Source: an uncultured Actinomycetes bacterium (lineage in GTDB: Bacteria > Actinomycetota > Acidimicrobiia > Spongiisociales > DATADW01). Taken from it: a stretch of DNA of 64,000 nt. The position numbers and the translations under genes were made by a program. The stretch spans positions 62,001 to 126,000 of the forward strand of contig CAWGRK010000002.1 of assembly GCA_963824995.1 (NCBI GenBank), given 5' to 3'. The notes beneath the pieces were generated by a model. The model was not told where the DNA came from. It did no database searches and saw only the letters and a program-made list of their open reading frames with translations. Below, piece after piece: positions 1 to 10,568 of the stretch. Each line of letters begins with the position of its first letter. Position 1 is the stretch's first letter.

Positions 1-5
1 CGTCT

Positions 6-413
6 TTGCTCGTCTGGTCTGGTTTGGGCGCGATTGTCGCCGGCTTGGTCACTCGGCACCGAGCCGCCATCGATGTTGGCCTCCTCCTGCTGCTCGTCCG
101 TTATGCCGCAGTGCTCGCCTTCGCCTCGGCTGTCGATCCGTGGGTTTGGGCGAGGGCGGCGGTGACGGTGGCGTTGATTGACTTGGCCCATGGCTCGCTC
201 GAGGCGGCGGAACCTGGCGACCCGCGGAGGATGCGGTGGGTGAGAACGCTGGTATTCGGTGCGATCGGCGCTGTCTCCGCCGGTGTGGTGATGCTGGCCA
301 CGGCGGCGGCACCGGGCGGCCTCGTGGTCCGGATCGTCGCCCTCGGTGCGCTGGCGACGAGCCTCTCTCTGCTGGTGGTGCTCCTCCTCCGCCGCCGTGA
401 GGAAGCTCGTTAG
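6..413 (+). CDS. Hypothetical membrane protein (probably truncated by window start)
   Basis: Several hydrophobic helices and a basic C-terminal tail (LLLRRREEAR). Confidence 0.55.
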   Translation: MLVWSGLGAIVAGLVTRHRAAIDVGLLLLLVRYAAVLAFASAVDPWVWARAAVTVALIDLAHGSLEAAEPGDPRRMRWVRTLVFGAIGAVSAGVVMLATAAAPGGLVVRIVALGALATSLSLLVVLLLRRREEAR

Positions 414-497
414 GAGAGCGAGGCGGAGTGGGAGATTGCGTCCCTACCCAGCGCCAAGCGGCCGGTCCTTTCCCTTGCGGGGGACGGTGTTGGCTCG

Positions 498-525
498 TCC
501 GCCGTCTGCCCTCCGCCGTTCGCCT
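498..525 (+). repeat. Degenerate 7-bp tandem array (TCYGCCG-like x4)
   Basis: tccgccg tctgccc tccgccg ttcgcct. Confidence 0.5.
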
Positions 526-542
526 CCGGTACCCTCCGTACG

Positions 543-1595
543 GTGACCATTGACGAAGAACGCATCGCCCTATTCCTGGACTACGAGAACCTGGCAATCG
601 GGGCCAGGGACCACCTCAAGGGCTTCGCCTTCGACTTCAGGCCGATCGCCGACGCTCTGGCCGAGCGGGGTCGAGTGGTGGTGCGACGCGCCTACGCGGA
701 CTGGTCGTCATGGGGTGAGGACCGCAGGATGCTCACCCGCAGTCACGTCGAGTTGATCGAGATCCCTCAGCGGATGGGGGCGAACAGGAAGAACGCCGCC
801 GACATAAAGATGTCGGTCGACGCTCTCGAGCTGGCGTTCGAGCGGGATTACGTCACGACATTCGTGCTCTGCACCGGCGACAGCGACTTCACCCCGCTGG
901 TGCACAAGCTGCGCGAGCTCAACAAGCGGGTCATCGGCGTCGGGATCCGGGGCTCGACCTCCGACCTGCTCCCGCCGTCCTGCGACGAGTTCCTCTTCTA
1001 CGACTCGCTCGAGGGCGTCGAGATCCGGGATCCCCAGTCGGCAACACCACGGCGGCGCCGCGCTCAGCCGGTGGAGGAGGTCGTCACCGCCGCAGACCAC
1101 GAGGTGACGACCACTGCGGATCTGAGCGCACTGGTGACCCAGACTCTCTCTGGACTGCAGCGATCGACGGGCGGGGCAGTCCTGTCCTCGTCGGTCAAGC
1201 GGGCCATCCTCCGCAAGGACCCGACCTTCTCGGAGGCGGACCATGGGTTCCGCAGCTTCGGGGAGTTGCTGCGCAACCTCGAACAGCGCGATGTCATCGA
1301 ACTGTCGGAGGGGAGTGCCAAGGGGGACCCCGAGATCAATTTTCCCAGCACGGCGGGAGGCGAGGACCAGGCGTTCGAGCTGCTGCGTACGGTCGTAGGC
1401 GAGATGGAGAGCCGAAACGGCGCGCCCATCCTGTCGGGATTGAAGAACCGCCTCCGCAAGCGAGACCCTGAATTCAGCGAGAAGACCTTCGGATACGGCG
1501 GCTTTCTCCAATTCGTCAAGGCGGCGCAGGCCCGTGGGCTGGTCGAACTGGGGTGGGACGCTGACGCCGAGGACTACGTCGTGAAGACCGTTTGA
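543..1595 (+). CDS. NYN (LabA/DUF88, PIN-like) domain protein with two C-terminal OST-HTH/LOTUS domains
   Basis: FLDYEN, KNAADIKMSVDA and TGDSDFTPLV NYN motifs; two 'LRKxDPxFSExxxG(F/Y)xxF' LOTUS-type segments; TACCCT 7 nt before the GTG. Confidence 0.9.
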   Translation: MTIDEERIALFLDYENLAIGARDHLKGFAFDFRPIADALAERGRVVVRRAYADWSSWGEDRRMLTRSHVELIEIPQRMGANRKNAADIKMSVDALELAFERDYVTTFVLCTGDSDFTPLVHKLRELNKRVIGVGIRGSTSDLLPPSCDEFLFYDSLEGVEIRDPQSATPRRRRAQPVEEVVTAADHEVTTTADLSALVTQTLSGLQRSTGGAVLSSSVKRAILRKDPTFSEADHGFRSFGELLRNLEQRDVIELSEGSAKGDPEINFPSTAGGEDQAFELLRTVVGEMESRNGAPILSGLKNRLRKRDPEFSEKTFGYGGFLQFVKAAQARGLVELGWDADAEDYVVKTV

Positions 1596-2843
1596 GGGCT
1601 GGCGGGGTGTCCGGAACAGCCGACATCGTGGTGGTCGGTGCGGGGATCATCGGGTCGTCGATCGCCTATCAGATCGCCAGACGCTCGTCGCAGCGAGTGG
1701 TCGTACTGGAGAAGGGGGCAGGTGTCGCCGAGGGCTCCACCGGAGCCTCCTCTTCGATCGTGCGCTGCAAGTACACCTACCCCGAAGTGGTTCGACTCGC
1801 CCGCAACGGTCAGGAGGCCTATCGCGATTGGGCGATCTTCACCGGGCTCGACTCGCCCCGCTCCGGGCTCGAGCAGCCGGGCGTGCTCTGGGCGATGGGG
1901 GACCCGGCGGCGAAGGTCGAGGACGACGCAGGTCGGCTCGCCGGCCAGGGCGTGGCCGTCACCGTTTTCGATGCCGAAGAGCTGACGGCCCGGTTCCCTG
2001 ATTTCTCCAACTGCGGGGTGCCTTTCGATCTGACCGGCGAGATCCCCCACACCTGTGCACCCGGTGAGGCATTCCTGTACGAGGACGGTGGCGGCTATGC
2101 CGACCCGGCCGGCGCCAACCAGGACTTGGCCGACGCGGCGAGAAGGGAGGGTGCCGAGATCAGGTTCGGGACGATGGTCACCGCGGTGCGGACGCGAGGG
2201 CGACCGGGTCACGGGTGTCACCACCGACTCGGGCGAGACCGTCGCCGCTCCCCTGGTCATCAACGCCGCCGGTCCGTGGTGCAACAAGCTCAACGAGATG
2301 GCGGGCGTCTCGCTGCGTTGGACACTGGACCCAACCAGGGTCCAGGTCCTCTATCGCGAACTGCCCGAGGGGATGGGGCCGATCCCGGTGACGGCCGACG
2401 GCTCGACCGGGATCTACTTCCGCCCCGAGGCCCGTGGTCAGCAGGTACTGGTCGGCTCGGTGCTGGCCGAGGACGAGGCCGAGGTGGTCGATCCCGATGA
2501 CTACGAGCGCGCCGCCGATGCCGCATTCCGGGATGTCAAGATCCACGGGCTCCACCATCGGCTCCCTGAACTGCCCCACCGCGGCGGGCTTTCGGGTATC
2601 GCCGGGCTGTACACGATCAACCGCCAGGATGTCCATCCCGTGCTGGGTCCCACCGAACTGGATGGCTGGTGGGTGGCCAACGGTTTCAGCGGTCACGGGT
2701 TCAAGCTGGCTCCGATGATCGGATCGATGATCGCCCAGGTGGTGACGGATACCGATGCCCCATACGACACCGACGTTCCGATGTCGTTCTTCTCGGTGGA
2801 CCGCGAACCGATGGTGCTCGCCGACAAGCACGTCCTTGCCTGA
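1592..2843 (+). CDS. FAD-dependent oxidoreductase, DAO/sarcosine-oxidase-beta family (frameshift near 2200)
   Basis: VVVGAGIIG dinucleotide motif in ORF 1592; INAAGPW and GFSGHGFKLAP in ORF 2055-2843. Confidence 0.88.
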
Positions 2844-2852
2844 GGTCAACAG

Positions 2853-3722
2853 GTGCTTTGGCTGAGCGCCACCGACCTGCGGGCGGCGCTTCCGATGGAG
2901 GAGGCGGTGATGGCGATGGAAGCCGCCTTCGGCGACGACCGGGAGACCCCGCTCCGGATCGGGCTCGGGGTGTCGCTGTTCATGGCGGGCAGGGTGGGGG
3001 AGACCACCGGAGTCAAGGTGGTGTCGTCGGTCCCCGGTGACCCGGCGGGTGTGGTTGCCGTGTTCGGCTCAGACGGCCACCCCCTGGGTCTGGTCGACGG
3101 GCCGACACTCACCGCCATCCGCACCGGAGCAGCCAGCGGCCTCGCCACCCGGCTGCTGGCGGCTCCTCGAGCTTCGGTGCTCGCCATGCTCGGAGCCGGA
3201 GCCATGGCCGCCGACCAGATATCGGCAGTCAGGTCGGTTCGCCCGATCGAGCGGGTCCTTGTTTGGAGCCGGTCTCACGAACGTGCCGCCGCATTGGTGG
3301 ATCTGGTGGGAGGCGAGGCGGTAGCCGATGCCGATGCTGCGGTAGCCGTAGCCGACGTCGTTTGCTGCGCCACTCCGTCGGAGACCCCGCTCTTCGATGA
3401 CAGATCGGTGTCCCCTGGGACCCACATCAACGCGGTCGGCGCCTTCACCCCCGACATGGCCGAGATCCCACCGGAAACCATGGAGCGTGCCTATGTAGTG
3501 GTGGATGATGTCGATGCGGCGTCGGCCGAGGCAGGCGACCTCCTCCGAGCCGGACGCGAGCCGGTCGCCACTATCGGCGACATCCTCGCCGGACGCGCAC
3601 CCGAGATCGGCGAGGACGTGACCGTGTTCAAGTCGGTCGGGATCGCCAGTCAGGACGTGGCCGCCGCCGATGCAGCGCTGCGCCGCGCTGTGCAGTTGGG
3701 CATCGGGATGATTCTGGATTGA
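2853..3722 (+). CDS. Ornithine cyclodeaminase/mu-crystallin family protein
   Basis: LTAIRTGAASG, GAGAMA, HINAVGA and FKSVGIASQD motifs. Confidence 0.9.
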   Translation: MLWLSATDLRAALPMEEAVMAMEAAFGDDRETPLRIGLGVSLFMAGRVGETTGVKVVSSVPGDPAGVVAVFGSDGHPLGLVDGPTLTAIRTGAASGLATRLLAAPRASVLAMLGAGAMAADQISAVRSVRPIERVLVWSRSHERAAALVDLVGGEAVADADAAVAVADVVCCATPSETPLFDDRSVSPGTHINAVGAFTPDMAEIPPETMERAYVVVDDVDAASAEAGDLLRAGREPVATIGDILAGRAPEIGEDVTVFKSVGIASQDVAAADAALRRAVQLGIGMILD

Positions 3723-3838
3723 ACGCCTTCCCCGATGAGCGGGACAGGCGAGCGGAGAGGGAGATTCAAATGGCCAGCGGCGCCCATCACCCTCCCCCAA
3801 CCCCTTCCCCCGTTCGGGGAACGGAAACGGACTGCCGT

Positions 3839-5302
3839 CTAGGGAACCTGCGCCAGTTCCTCGGCACCTGTGCTCGATCCGGAACGCTCCCGCCACAGCC
3901 CCCAGGCGGCCAGGAGCAGCCCCCCGACCACGATCGCTCCTGAGAGGATCAGCACCTGGTGGAGGGCGATGACCTGGACCGATGCCGTGGGATCTGCTTC
4001 CCCGGCGGCGACTTCGCTGCCTCCGATGGCGGCCACCCGCGCCGCCCAGATCGTCCCGAGAACTGCGATTCCGGTGATCTGGCCCAATACCCGGGTGAGC
4101 GAGAGGAGGCCACCAGCCACCCCCGAGTTCTCCGGCGGCACCGATCCCATGATGGCGCTGTTGTTGGGCGACTGGAAGAGCCCCATCCCGACACCGAGCG
4201 GGAGCATGGCGACGGCGAATCCGACCGCGGTCGTATCTACGTCGAGGGTCAAGAGGCCGACGAATCCGAGGGCGATCACCGCCAGCCCGGCGATGGTCAG
4301 CGGACGAACCCCGAAACGGTCGGAGAGCCAGCCGCTCACCGGCGACACCACCCCAAGGGCGATCGGCGACACCGCGAGGAGAAGACCGGTGACCTGTTGT
4401 TCCAGCCCGAGCACGTTCTCGAGATAGAAAGGTCCGAGAAAGAACACCCCCGAGACGCAGACGAAGGTGATGAACCCGGTGACGACGCTCACCGTCAACA
4501 AGGGCTGGGTGAACAGCCTGAGCTCGATCATCGGCTCCTCCCGACGTAGCTCGACCATCACGAACACCGCGAAGAGCACGGCGGAGGCAACGAAAAGTGT
4601 CGAGATGGGCAGCGAGAGGAACCCGAGTTCCTGACCGAGGGTCAAGGCCAGCATCAACGCGAGCAGGCTTCCGAAGAAGAGGATCGCACCGGCGAGGTCG
4701 AAGCCTTGGCGCCGCGCCGGGACGGTGTTCGGGACGAAGCGAAGAGCCGTCAAGGTTCCGATGATCCCGATGGGCAGGTTGACGAAGAAGATCCAGTGCC
4801 AGGAGAGGTGCTGCAGCAGGAGCCCGCCGACCGCCGGCCCGGTGACGATGCCCACCGACACCATCGTCCCGATCACCCCGAGTGCCTTACCTCTCTCGGT
4901 GACAGGGAAAGCCTCGGTCAAGATGCCGGCACCCAGGGCGAGGATCATCGCAGCACCCACTGCCTGCACGACGCGGAAGCCGATCAGCCAGCCGACGGTG
5001 GGAGACAGCCCGCACAGGACCGAGCCCACCGTGAAGACGACGTAGCCAATGGCATAGATCCGCTTCTTCCCGACGATGTCCCCCAGCCTGGCCACGCCGA
5101 GGGTGAGGGTCGCCATGGTCAGGAGATATGCCAGCGCCACCCATTGCACCAACGGAAAGCTGGTGTTGAGTTCGTCCTCCAGCGTGGGGAGGGCGACGTT
5201 GACGATGCTCCCGTCGATGGTTGCCAGCAGCACGCCCATCGCCACCGCCGCCATGACGAACCACTTGCGCGAGTAGTCGGGATGGGCGACGGGCGTTTGC
5301 AC
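3839..5302 (-). CDS. MFS transporter, DHA2/EmrB-QacA type
   Basis: DGSIVNVALP, LGDIVGKKR, WHWIFFVNLPIG and SPNNSAIM motifs; about 14 TM segments. Confidence 0.92.
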   Translation of the reverse strand: MQTPVAHPDYSRKWFVMAAVAMGVLLATIDGSIVNVALPTLEDELNTSFPLVQWVALAYLLTMATLTLGVARLGDIVGKKRIYAIGYVVFTVGSVLCGLSPTVGWLIGFRVVQAVGAAMILALGAGILTEAFPVTERGKALGVIGTMVSVGIVTGPAVGGLLLQHLSWHWIFFVNLPIGIIGTLTALRFVPNTVPARRQGFDLAGAILFFGSLLALMLALTLGQELGFLSLPISTLFVASAVLFAVFVMVELRREEPMIELRLFTQPLLTVSVVTGFITFVCVSGVFFLGPFYLENVLGLEQQVTGLLLAVSPIALGVVSPVSGWLSDRFGVRPLTIAGLAVIALGFVGLLTLDVDTTAVGFAVAMLPLGVGMGLFQSPNNSAIMGSVPPENSGVAGGLLSLTRVLGQITGIAVLGTIWAARVAAIGGSEVAAGEADPTASVQVIALHQVLILSGAIVVGGLLLAAWGLWRERSGSSTGAEELAQVP

Positions 5303-5397
5303 GTGGTCTCCAACGGGTGGCGCTGCGAGGGCCGCTCGATGGTGGCCGTCGCCTGCTCAGCAACCAAACAGCGGTGTCGAGGATTCCCGAGACCCTG

Positions 5398-6436
5398 TCA
5401 GCGTGCTGCGGGATCGGGCTCCATCGGCTTCTTGAGGTCCTTGAACATGCGGACTACTTCGTAGCCCATCGACTCATACAACTGGAAGGCGCCATTGGGG
5501 TTCTCGGTGTGTACCGACAGAGCCGCTTCCTCCATTCCCCGGTCGGCCAACTCTCGCAAGCTCGCTGCGATCAGGGCACGCGCCACCCCGCGTCTGCGCC
5601 AGGCCCTGCCGGTCGAGATCTCCTCGGTGTAGCCGCGGCGCCGACCGAATTCGGTGTTCTCGTCCGGGTCGATGTAGCTCTTCACCTGTCCGGCCACCTC
5701 GTCGCCGTCCCAGGCCACTTTCCACAGGGTTGGGTCCCGGTGGGGGAAGGCGAGGAAGCTCTCATAGTCTTCGACGGTGGGCGGGGAGGCGCCGGCGTGG
5801 TCCTTGTAGGCCTCCTGGTCCGCCTCCCAGATGGTGCGGACCTGGTCCTCGCTCACCGGGCGGATTTCGAGCCCATCAGGCAATGGGCGGTCGGGGATGT
5901 CGTCGAGGGTTGGCCGGACCATGACGGCGTCGTAGGTGAAGGGCACATACCCGTTCTGCGTCAACAGGATCTCGCCACCACGGTCGGTCTCGGGGACATA
6001 GGACTCGAGGACTCTTCGGTCCGGGGTCGTGCTCGGCTGCGATCTCGATGAGACGGTTCTCGTTGTGGGCGAGCATGACGGCGCCGATCCCACGGTTTCT
6101 CCACTCCGGCTTGATGAAGCAGATCGAGAAATAGACCGGTGGTCCCTCGTATGGCGCCCACCACGTGACCCGGCCATACCCGACGGCGGAGCCATCGATC
6201 TCGGCGATCACCACGTCCCGTTTCGGGTCGGTGTTGCTCAGGTGGGCGTAGTAGACGGCGAGGGACTCGACGGTCTCGCTCGACTCGACGCCGTCGGCAC
6301 GGCAGGCCGAGTTGTAGATGTCGACTATTGCCGGATAGTCGCCGGGGCCGGCGAAGCGGCGGAGGGCAAGACCGGGGGTGATTGCGACAGAGGTCTGTTC
6401 GTCGAGCACGATGGCGCACCATACGGCGCCGATCAA
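5398..6436 (-). CDS. Tandem-GNAT N-acetyltransferase (frameshift near 6015)
   Basis: Two acetyl-CoA motifs (PEWRNRGIG; AWRRRGVARALI) plus ENPNGAFQLYESMGY. Confidence 0.85.
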
Positions 6437-6477
6437 CCTGATCAGGATCGATTTCCAGGTCGGGTAACGTCCCAGTC

Positions 6478-7569
6478 GTGGACGGTGTCCGGCTCCGCGC
6501 CGTCACCCTGGTCCATGGTGGTGGCACGATTGCGCTCGACCGGGTTGACGTGTCGGTGGAGCATGGGGAGATCCTCGCCCTGGTAGGCCCATCCGGGAGC
6601 GGGAAAACCAGCCTGTTGCGGGTGGTCGCCGGGCTGGAGAAACCGGATTCGGGGATTGTCGAGATCGACGGACTCGACGTCACCGCCTTGCCGACCGCCA
6701 AGCGCGATGTGGCGATGATCTTCCAAGAGATCGCTCTGATACCGCAACGGACCGCTGCTTCCAACATTTCCTTCCCACTCGAGGTCAGGCGCGTTTCCGA
6801 ACCAGGACGGTCTGAGGCGGTTGAGCGCGAGCGTCGTCGCGTCGGGCTGGGGCGGGCGGCTCTCCCTCGCCTTCCCTCGCAGCTATCGGCCGGTCACCGC
6901 CAGCTCGTTGCGGCCGGACGAGCGCTGGTGCGCGATCCCAGGGTGCTGCTTGCCGACGAGCCGCTCGCCCATCTCGACGCTGAGGCACGGCGGCTTGCCC
7001 GCATCGAGTTCCTCCGAATCCAGCGTGACGCTTCACCGGCCACGCTCTACGCCACCAACGAACCGGCCGAAGCGATGACGATGGCCGACAGGGTGGCGGT
7101 GCTCAACCGGGGGGCGATCGTCCAGGTTGGGCCGCCGCTCGATATCTACAACCGACCATCCGATGTCTTCGTGGGCCGCTTCTTCGGTCTGCTGCCGATG
7201 AACATCCTTCCCGCAGTCATCGAGGGTGATTGGCGTGATCCGCATCTGCTGCTGGGCGGCGACCGCCTGTCGCTCGGCCGCCAGGCGCCGTCGGCGATCG
7301 GGGCGCCGGTCCTCGTGGGGATACGACCGGAGCACCTGACCGTGGCATTGCCGGGAACCTCCTTCGATCGTTGTCTTCACGGGATGGTCGAGTTGGTGGA
7401 AGCGACCGGACCACATGACCTGATCCGGGTACGCCATCCCGTGGGGGTCATCACGGCAAGGGCCGAATCGGGTCTGGCACCGGCGGTGGGGAGCGCCATA
7501 GAGGTGATGGTGGTTGGGCGTCGCCACATCCGGCTCTTCGACCCTGGGACCGAGCGGGCGCTGGAGTGA
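6478..7569 (+). CDS. MalK-like ABC ATP-binding protein with TOBE tail and degenerate motifs
   Basis: GPSGSGKT, LSAGHRQ, LLADEPLAHLD, GIRPEHL. Confidence 0.88.
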   Translation: MDGVRLRAVTLVHGGGTIALDRVDVSVEHGEILALVGPSGSGKTSLLRVVAGLEKPDSGIVEIDGLDVTALPTAKRDVAMIFQEIALIPQRTAASNISFPLEVRRVSEPGRSEAVERERRRVGLGRAALPRLPSQLSAGHRQLVAAGRALVRDPRVLLADEPLAHLDAEARRLARIEFLRIQRDASPATLYATNEPAEAMTMADRVAVLNRGAIVQVGPPLDIYNRPSDVFVGRFFGLLPMNILPAVIEGDWRDPHLLLGGDRLSLGRQAPSAIGAPVLVGIRPEHLTVALPGTSFDRCLHGMVELVEATGPHDLIRVRHPVGVITARAESGLAPAVGSAIEVMVVGRRHIRLFDPGTERALE

Positions 7570-7844
7570 CTGCGGGGGAGGATCCGTCTGGCACCTCGTC
7601 CCGGGATCCACTCCCGCCCGAGTTGCTCATGCCCCACCCCGACCGGCTCGCTCCGACCGCGCCCTCATTCAAGGCGATCGCCGCTGCCCACCGCGCTGCG
7701 GTTGCTGCCGGTGCTCCCGGATACATCGACCCGGCGACCGGTCTCTTCGTGCTCACCGCCGTCTATCTGTGGGACCGGGGTGCCTGCTGTGAGCAAGGAT
7801 GCAGGCATTGCCCATATGTGGCCCGGCCCGGAGGTCAGGAGTGA
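7566..7844 (+). CDS. Small Cys-rich protein (DUF5522-like)
   Basis: YIDPATG...RGACCEQGCRHCPY; GTGA overlap with the upstream stop. Confidence 0.75.
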   Translation: MTAGEDPSGTSSRDPLPPELLMPHPDRLAPTAPSFKAIAAAHRAAVAAGAPGYIDPATGLFVLTAVYLWDRGACCEQGCRHCPYVARPGGQE

Positions 7845-8305
7845 TCGCGCTGAAACGACGCCGACAGGTGGAGTTGGAGCGGTTGGCCGACTGCGGCCAT
7901 CCAGAGACGGATGCGCAGTTCCTCATCGACGAGTTCGATCACCCGCCGCACCGATTCGACAGGCTTGGCGGATGGAGTGGTCGCCACCATCAGGCTGGTG
8001 AGATCGATCTTCGTCTTCTCGATCCGCCCGGAATGGACTTCGACGATCCCGCTCGGCTGGGCGATGACCAACTCGACCCTGCCGTCGCCGAGGGATCGGA
8101 GGTATCCGCTCTCGCTATGGAGGGGGAGCCCCGTGGTGGCATGGCGGGTTCGCTGGACGTAGGAGAGGAACGGCTTGCCCACATGGCCGAAGGTGATCTC
8201 CTCGTGGTAGGCGAAGGGCTCGATCGTCGGGTAGGAGCCTTCGCCGCCGCCCGCCCAGCTTCCGACCAGGAACTGCATGGAGGCGAGGTCGGGGTGGAGG
8301 TCCAT
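7835..8305 (-). CDS. Nitrobindin/FABP-like beta-barrel protein (DUF1794)
   Basis: LVGSWAGGGEGSYPTI, GKPFLSY, PLHSESGYLR and C-terminal LQLHL. Confidence 0.88.
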   Translation of the reverse strand: MDLHPDLASMQFLVGSWAGGGEGSYPTIEPFAYHEEITFGHVGKPFLSYVQRTRHATTGLPLHSESGYLRSLGDGRVELVIAQPSGIVEVHSGRIEKTKIDLTSLMVATTPSAKPVESVRRVIELVDEELRIRLWMAAVGQPLQLHLSASFQRDHS

Positions 8306-8737
8306 GCGCCGAGGCTACCGCTGGGTCGTGCTCTCCTCGTTGGGGCGCTCATCGTGCTCCTCGCAGGGTGCGCCGAGCCGATCCCAGCCCTCCCCACGGA
8401 TTCCGCACCCGAAGGCGGACCGAGCGAAACGGTTGCCGGGGATGTCCTGTTGCGGGGGGATGGGACAACGGGGTGCGTGTGGCTGGAGATGGAGGGCGGG
8501 GGCCGGATGTGGCCGGTGTGGCCGGCGGGGTTCACCGCCAGGTGGGACCCTGAGTTGACGGTGCTCCGTCCCGGTGGCGGGGTGGTTGCGAGCGACGGCG
8601 ACCGACTCGACGTTGGCGGCGGAGGGGTTCCCGCCGGGAGGCTTGACGTATCCCGAGACGTGCATCGGAGAGGACCCCGACCCGCTCATCTGGGTGGTGA
8701 CCTCGGTGTCTCCAGCCCGGTGAACCTCCTCCACTGA
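8304..8737 (+). CDS. Hypothetical lipoprotein (frameshifted ends)
   Basis: Hydrophobic stretch plus LAGC lipobox, then GCVWL...VWPAG. Confidence 0.55.
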
Positions 8738-8800
8738 GGACGTCCGACTTCGGCCCTAACCTCGTCTCATGCCCTGTGACAGCCGGCGGAGCGCGCCCGG

Positions 8801-10568
8801 ATGACGCTGCTCGGCGACCCGGATTCTCGCCGGGGGATGAGGCTGCTGGGGAGGACCCTCCTCTCCTACCGCCGCGAGTCCACCCTGGCGATCCTCAGCG
8901 CCCTCCTCTGGATGGTCCTGGTCGTGGTCGGCCCTTACCTGGAGAAGCTGGTCATCGATCGTGCGATCCTGCCCGACCAGCCGAGCCTGTTGCTTCCGCT
9001 GGTGGGCCTTGTCGTGCTGGTCGGTCTGTTCAAGGCCGTTGGAATCGGTGGGAGGCGGTTCTTCGGATTCGTCCTGTCATACCGGGCGGAGACCGATCTC
9101 CGCAACCGGCTGTTCGAGCACGTCCAGCGGCTGGCCTTCAGTTTCCACGACCGGGTGGCGACGGGGGAACTGATGGCGCGAGCCTCGACCGACCTGTCCC
9201 AGGTCCGCCTGGTTTTCGCCATGCTCCCCATCACCGTGGCCAACATCGGCCTGGTTGCGATAACGGTCGTGGTGTTGATCCTGCTCGACCCGTTGCTTGG
9301 CGTCGTCTCCTCGCTCGCCATACCGGTGCTGTTCCTGCTGGCGGCCCGGTACGCCCGACGTGTGACCCGACTCTCGTTCGACGTCCAACAGCGACTGGCC
9401 GACCTGGCCAGCGTGGTCGAGGAAGGAATCAGCGGGATCCGGGTGGTGAAGGCCTTCGGGGCAGAGGCGGAGACCGTGCGGAGAGTGGATGGGGCCGCCG
9501 ATGGCATCTTCCGGACGGACCATGGAAATGCTCATGATCCGAGCGGCCAACGTACCCATCTTCGAGCTGGTCCCGGCGGCGGGAACCCTCGCCGTCCTCT
9601 GGCTGGGGGGATACATGGTCATCGAAGGGAGGATCACCCCCGGCGACTTCGTGGCATTCACCCAGTACCTGGTCCTCTTGGTGTTCCCGCTGCGAATGAC
9701 GGCATGGTTCTTCGCCGAGCTTCCCCGAGCATCGGCAGCCGCCTCCCGGATCCTCCAGCTCCTAGGGACGGCTCCCGACATAACCGACCCCGAGAAACCG
9801 CGCCCTCTCCCCGAGGGCAACGGGGACATCCGCTTTGCCGGCGTCGATCTTCTCGTACCCCGAGGGTCCACCGGTTCTCACCGGGCTCGACCTCCACATC
9901 CCTGCCGGCAGCGTCTCTGGCAGTGGTCGGCGGCGCCGGCTCGGGGAAGACTTCGCTCGCCTACCTAATCCCGAGGTTCTACGACGTCACCTCGGGGGCG
10001 ACACTGATCGATGGCGTGGACGTCCGACATCTGCGTCTCGACGAGCTGCGCCGCGAGGTCGCCATCGTCTTCGAAGACCCGTTTCTCTTCTCGTCGTCGA
10101 TCCGCGAGAACATCGCCTTCGGTGCACCGGACGCCACGGACGAGCAGGTGAGGCTGGCCGCTCGGCTGGCCCGCGCCCACGAGTTCATCGTGGCGCTGCC
10201 CGATGGCTACGACACGGTGGTCGGGGAGCGCGGGTACACGCTCTCCGGAGGTCAGAGACAGCGGGTGGCGCTGGCGCGAGCGGTGCTGCGCGACCCGAGA
10301 GTGTTGATCCTCGACGATGCGACTTCGTCGGTCGATGCGGTGACCGAGCGGCAGATTCGAGAGGCGCTCGAGGAGGTCATGGCGGGGCGGACCACGCTGA
10401 TCATCGCCCACCGGACGTCGACACTGGCATTGGCCGATCGGGTGGCGCTGGTGGACGAGGGGCGTGTGGTCGCCGTCGGAACTCCATCGCGAACTACTCG
10501 AGACCGAGCCCCGCTACGCGGCCGTCCTCGCCGCGACCCTCGAAGAGGAGAGCGGGGTGGCCTCGTGA
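8801..10568 (+). CDS. ABC exporter half (TMD+NBD), several frameshifts
   Basis: TGELMARASTD, GGAGSGKT, GERGYTLSGGQRQR, LILDDATS; start may be the ATG at 8769. Confidence 0.88.
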
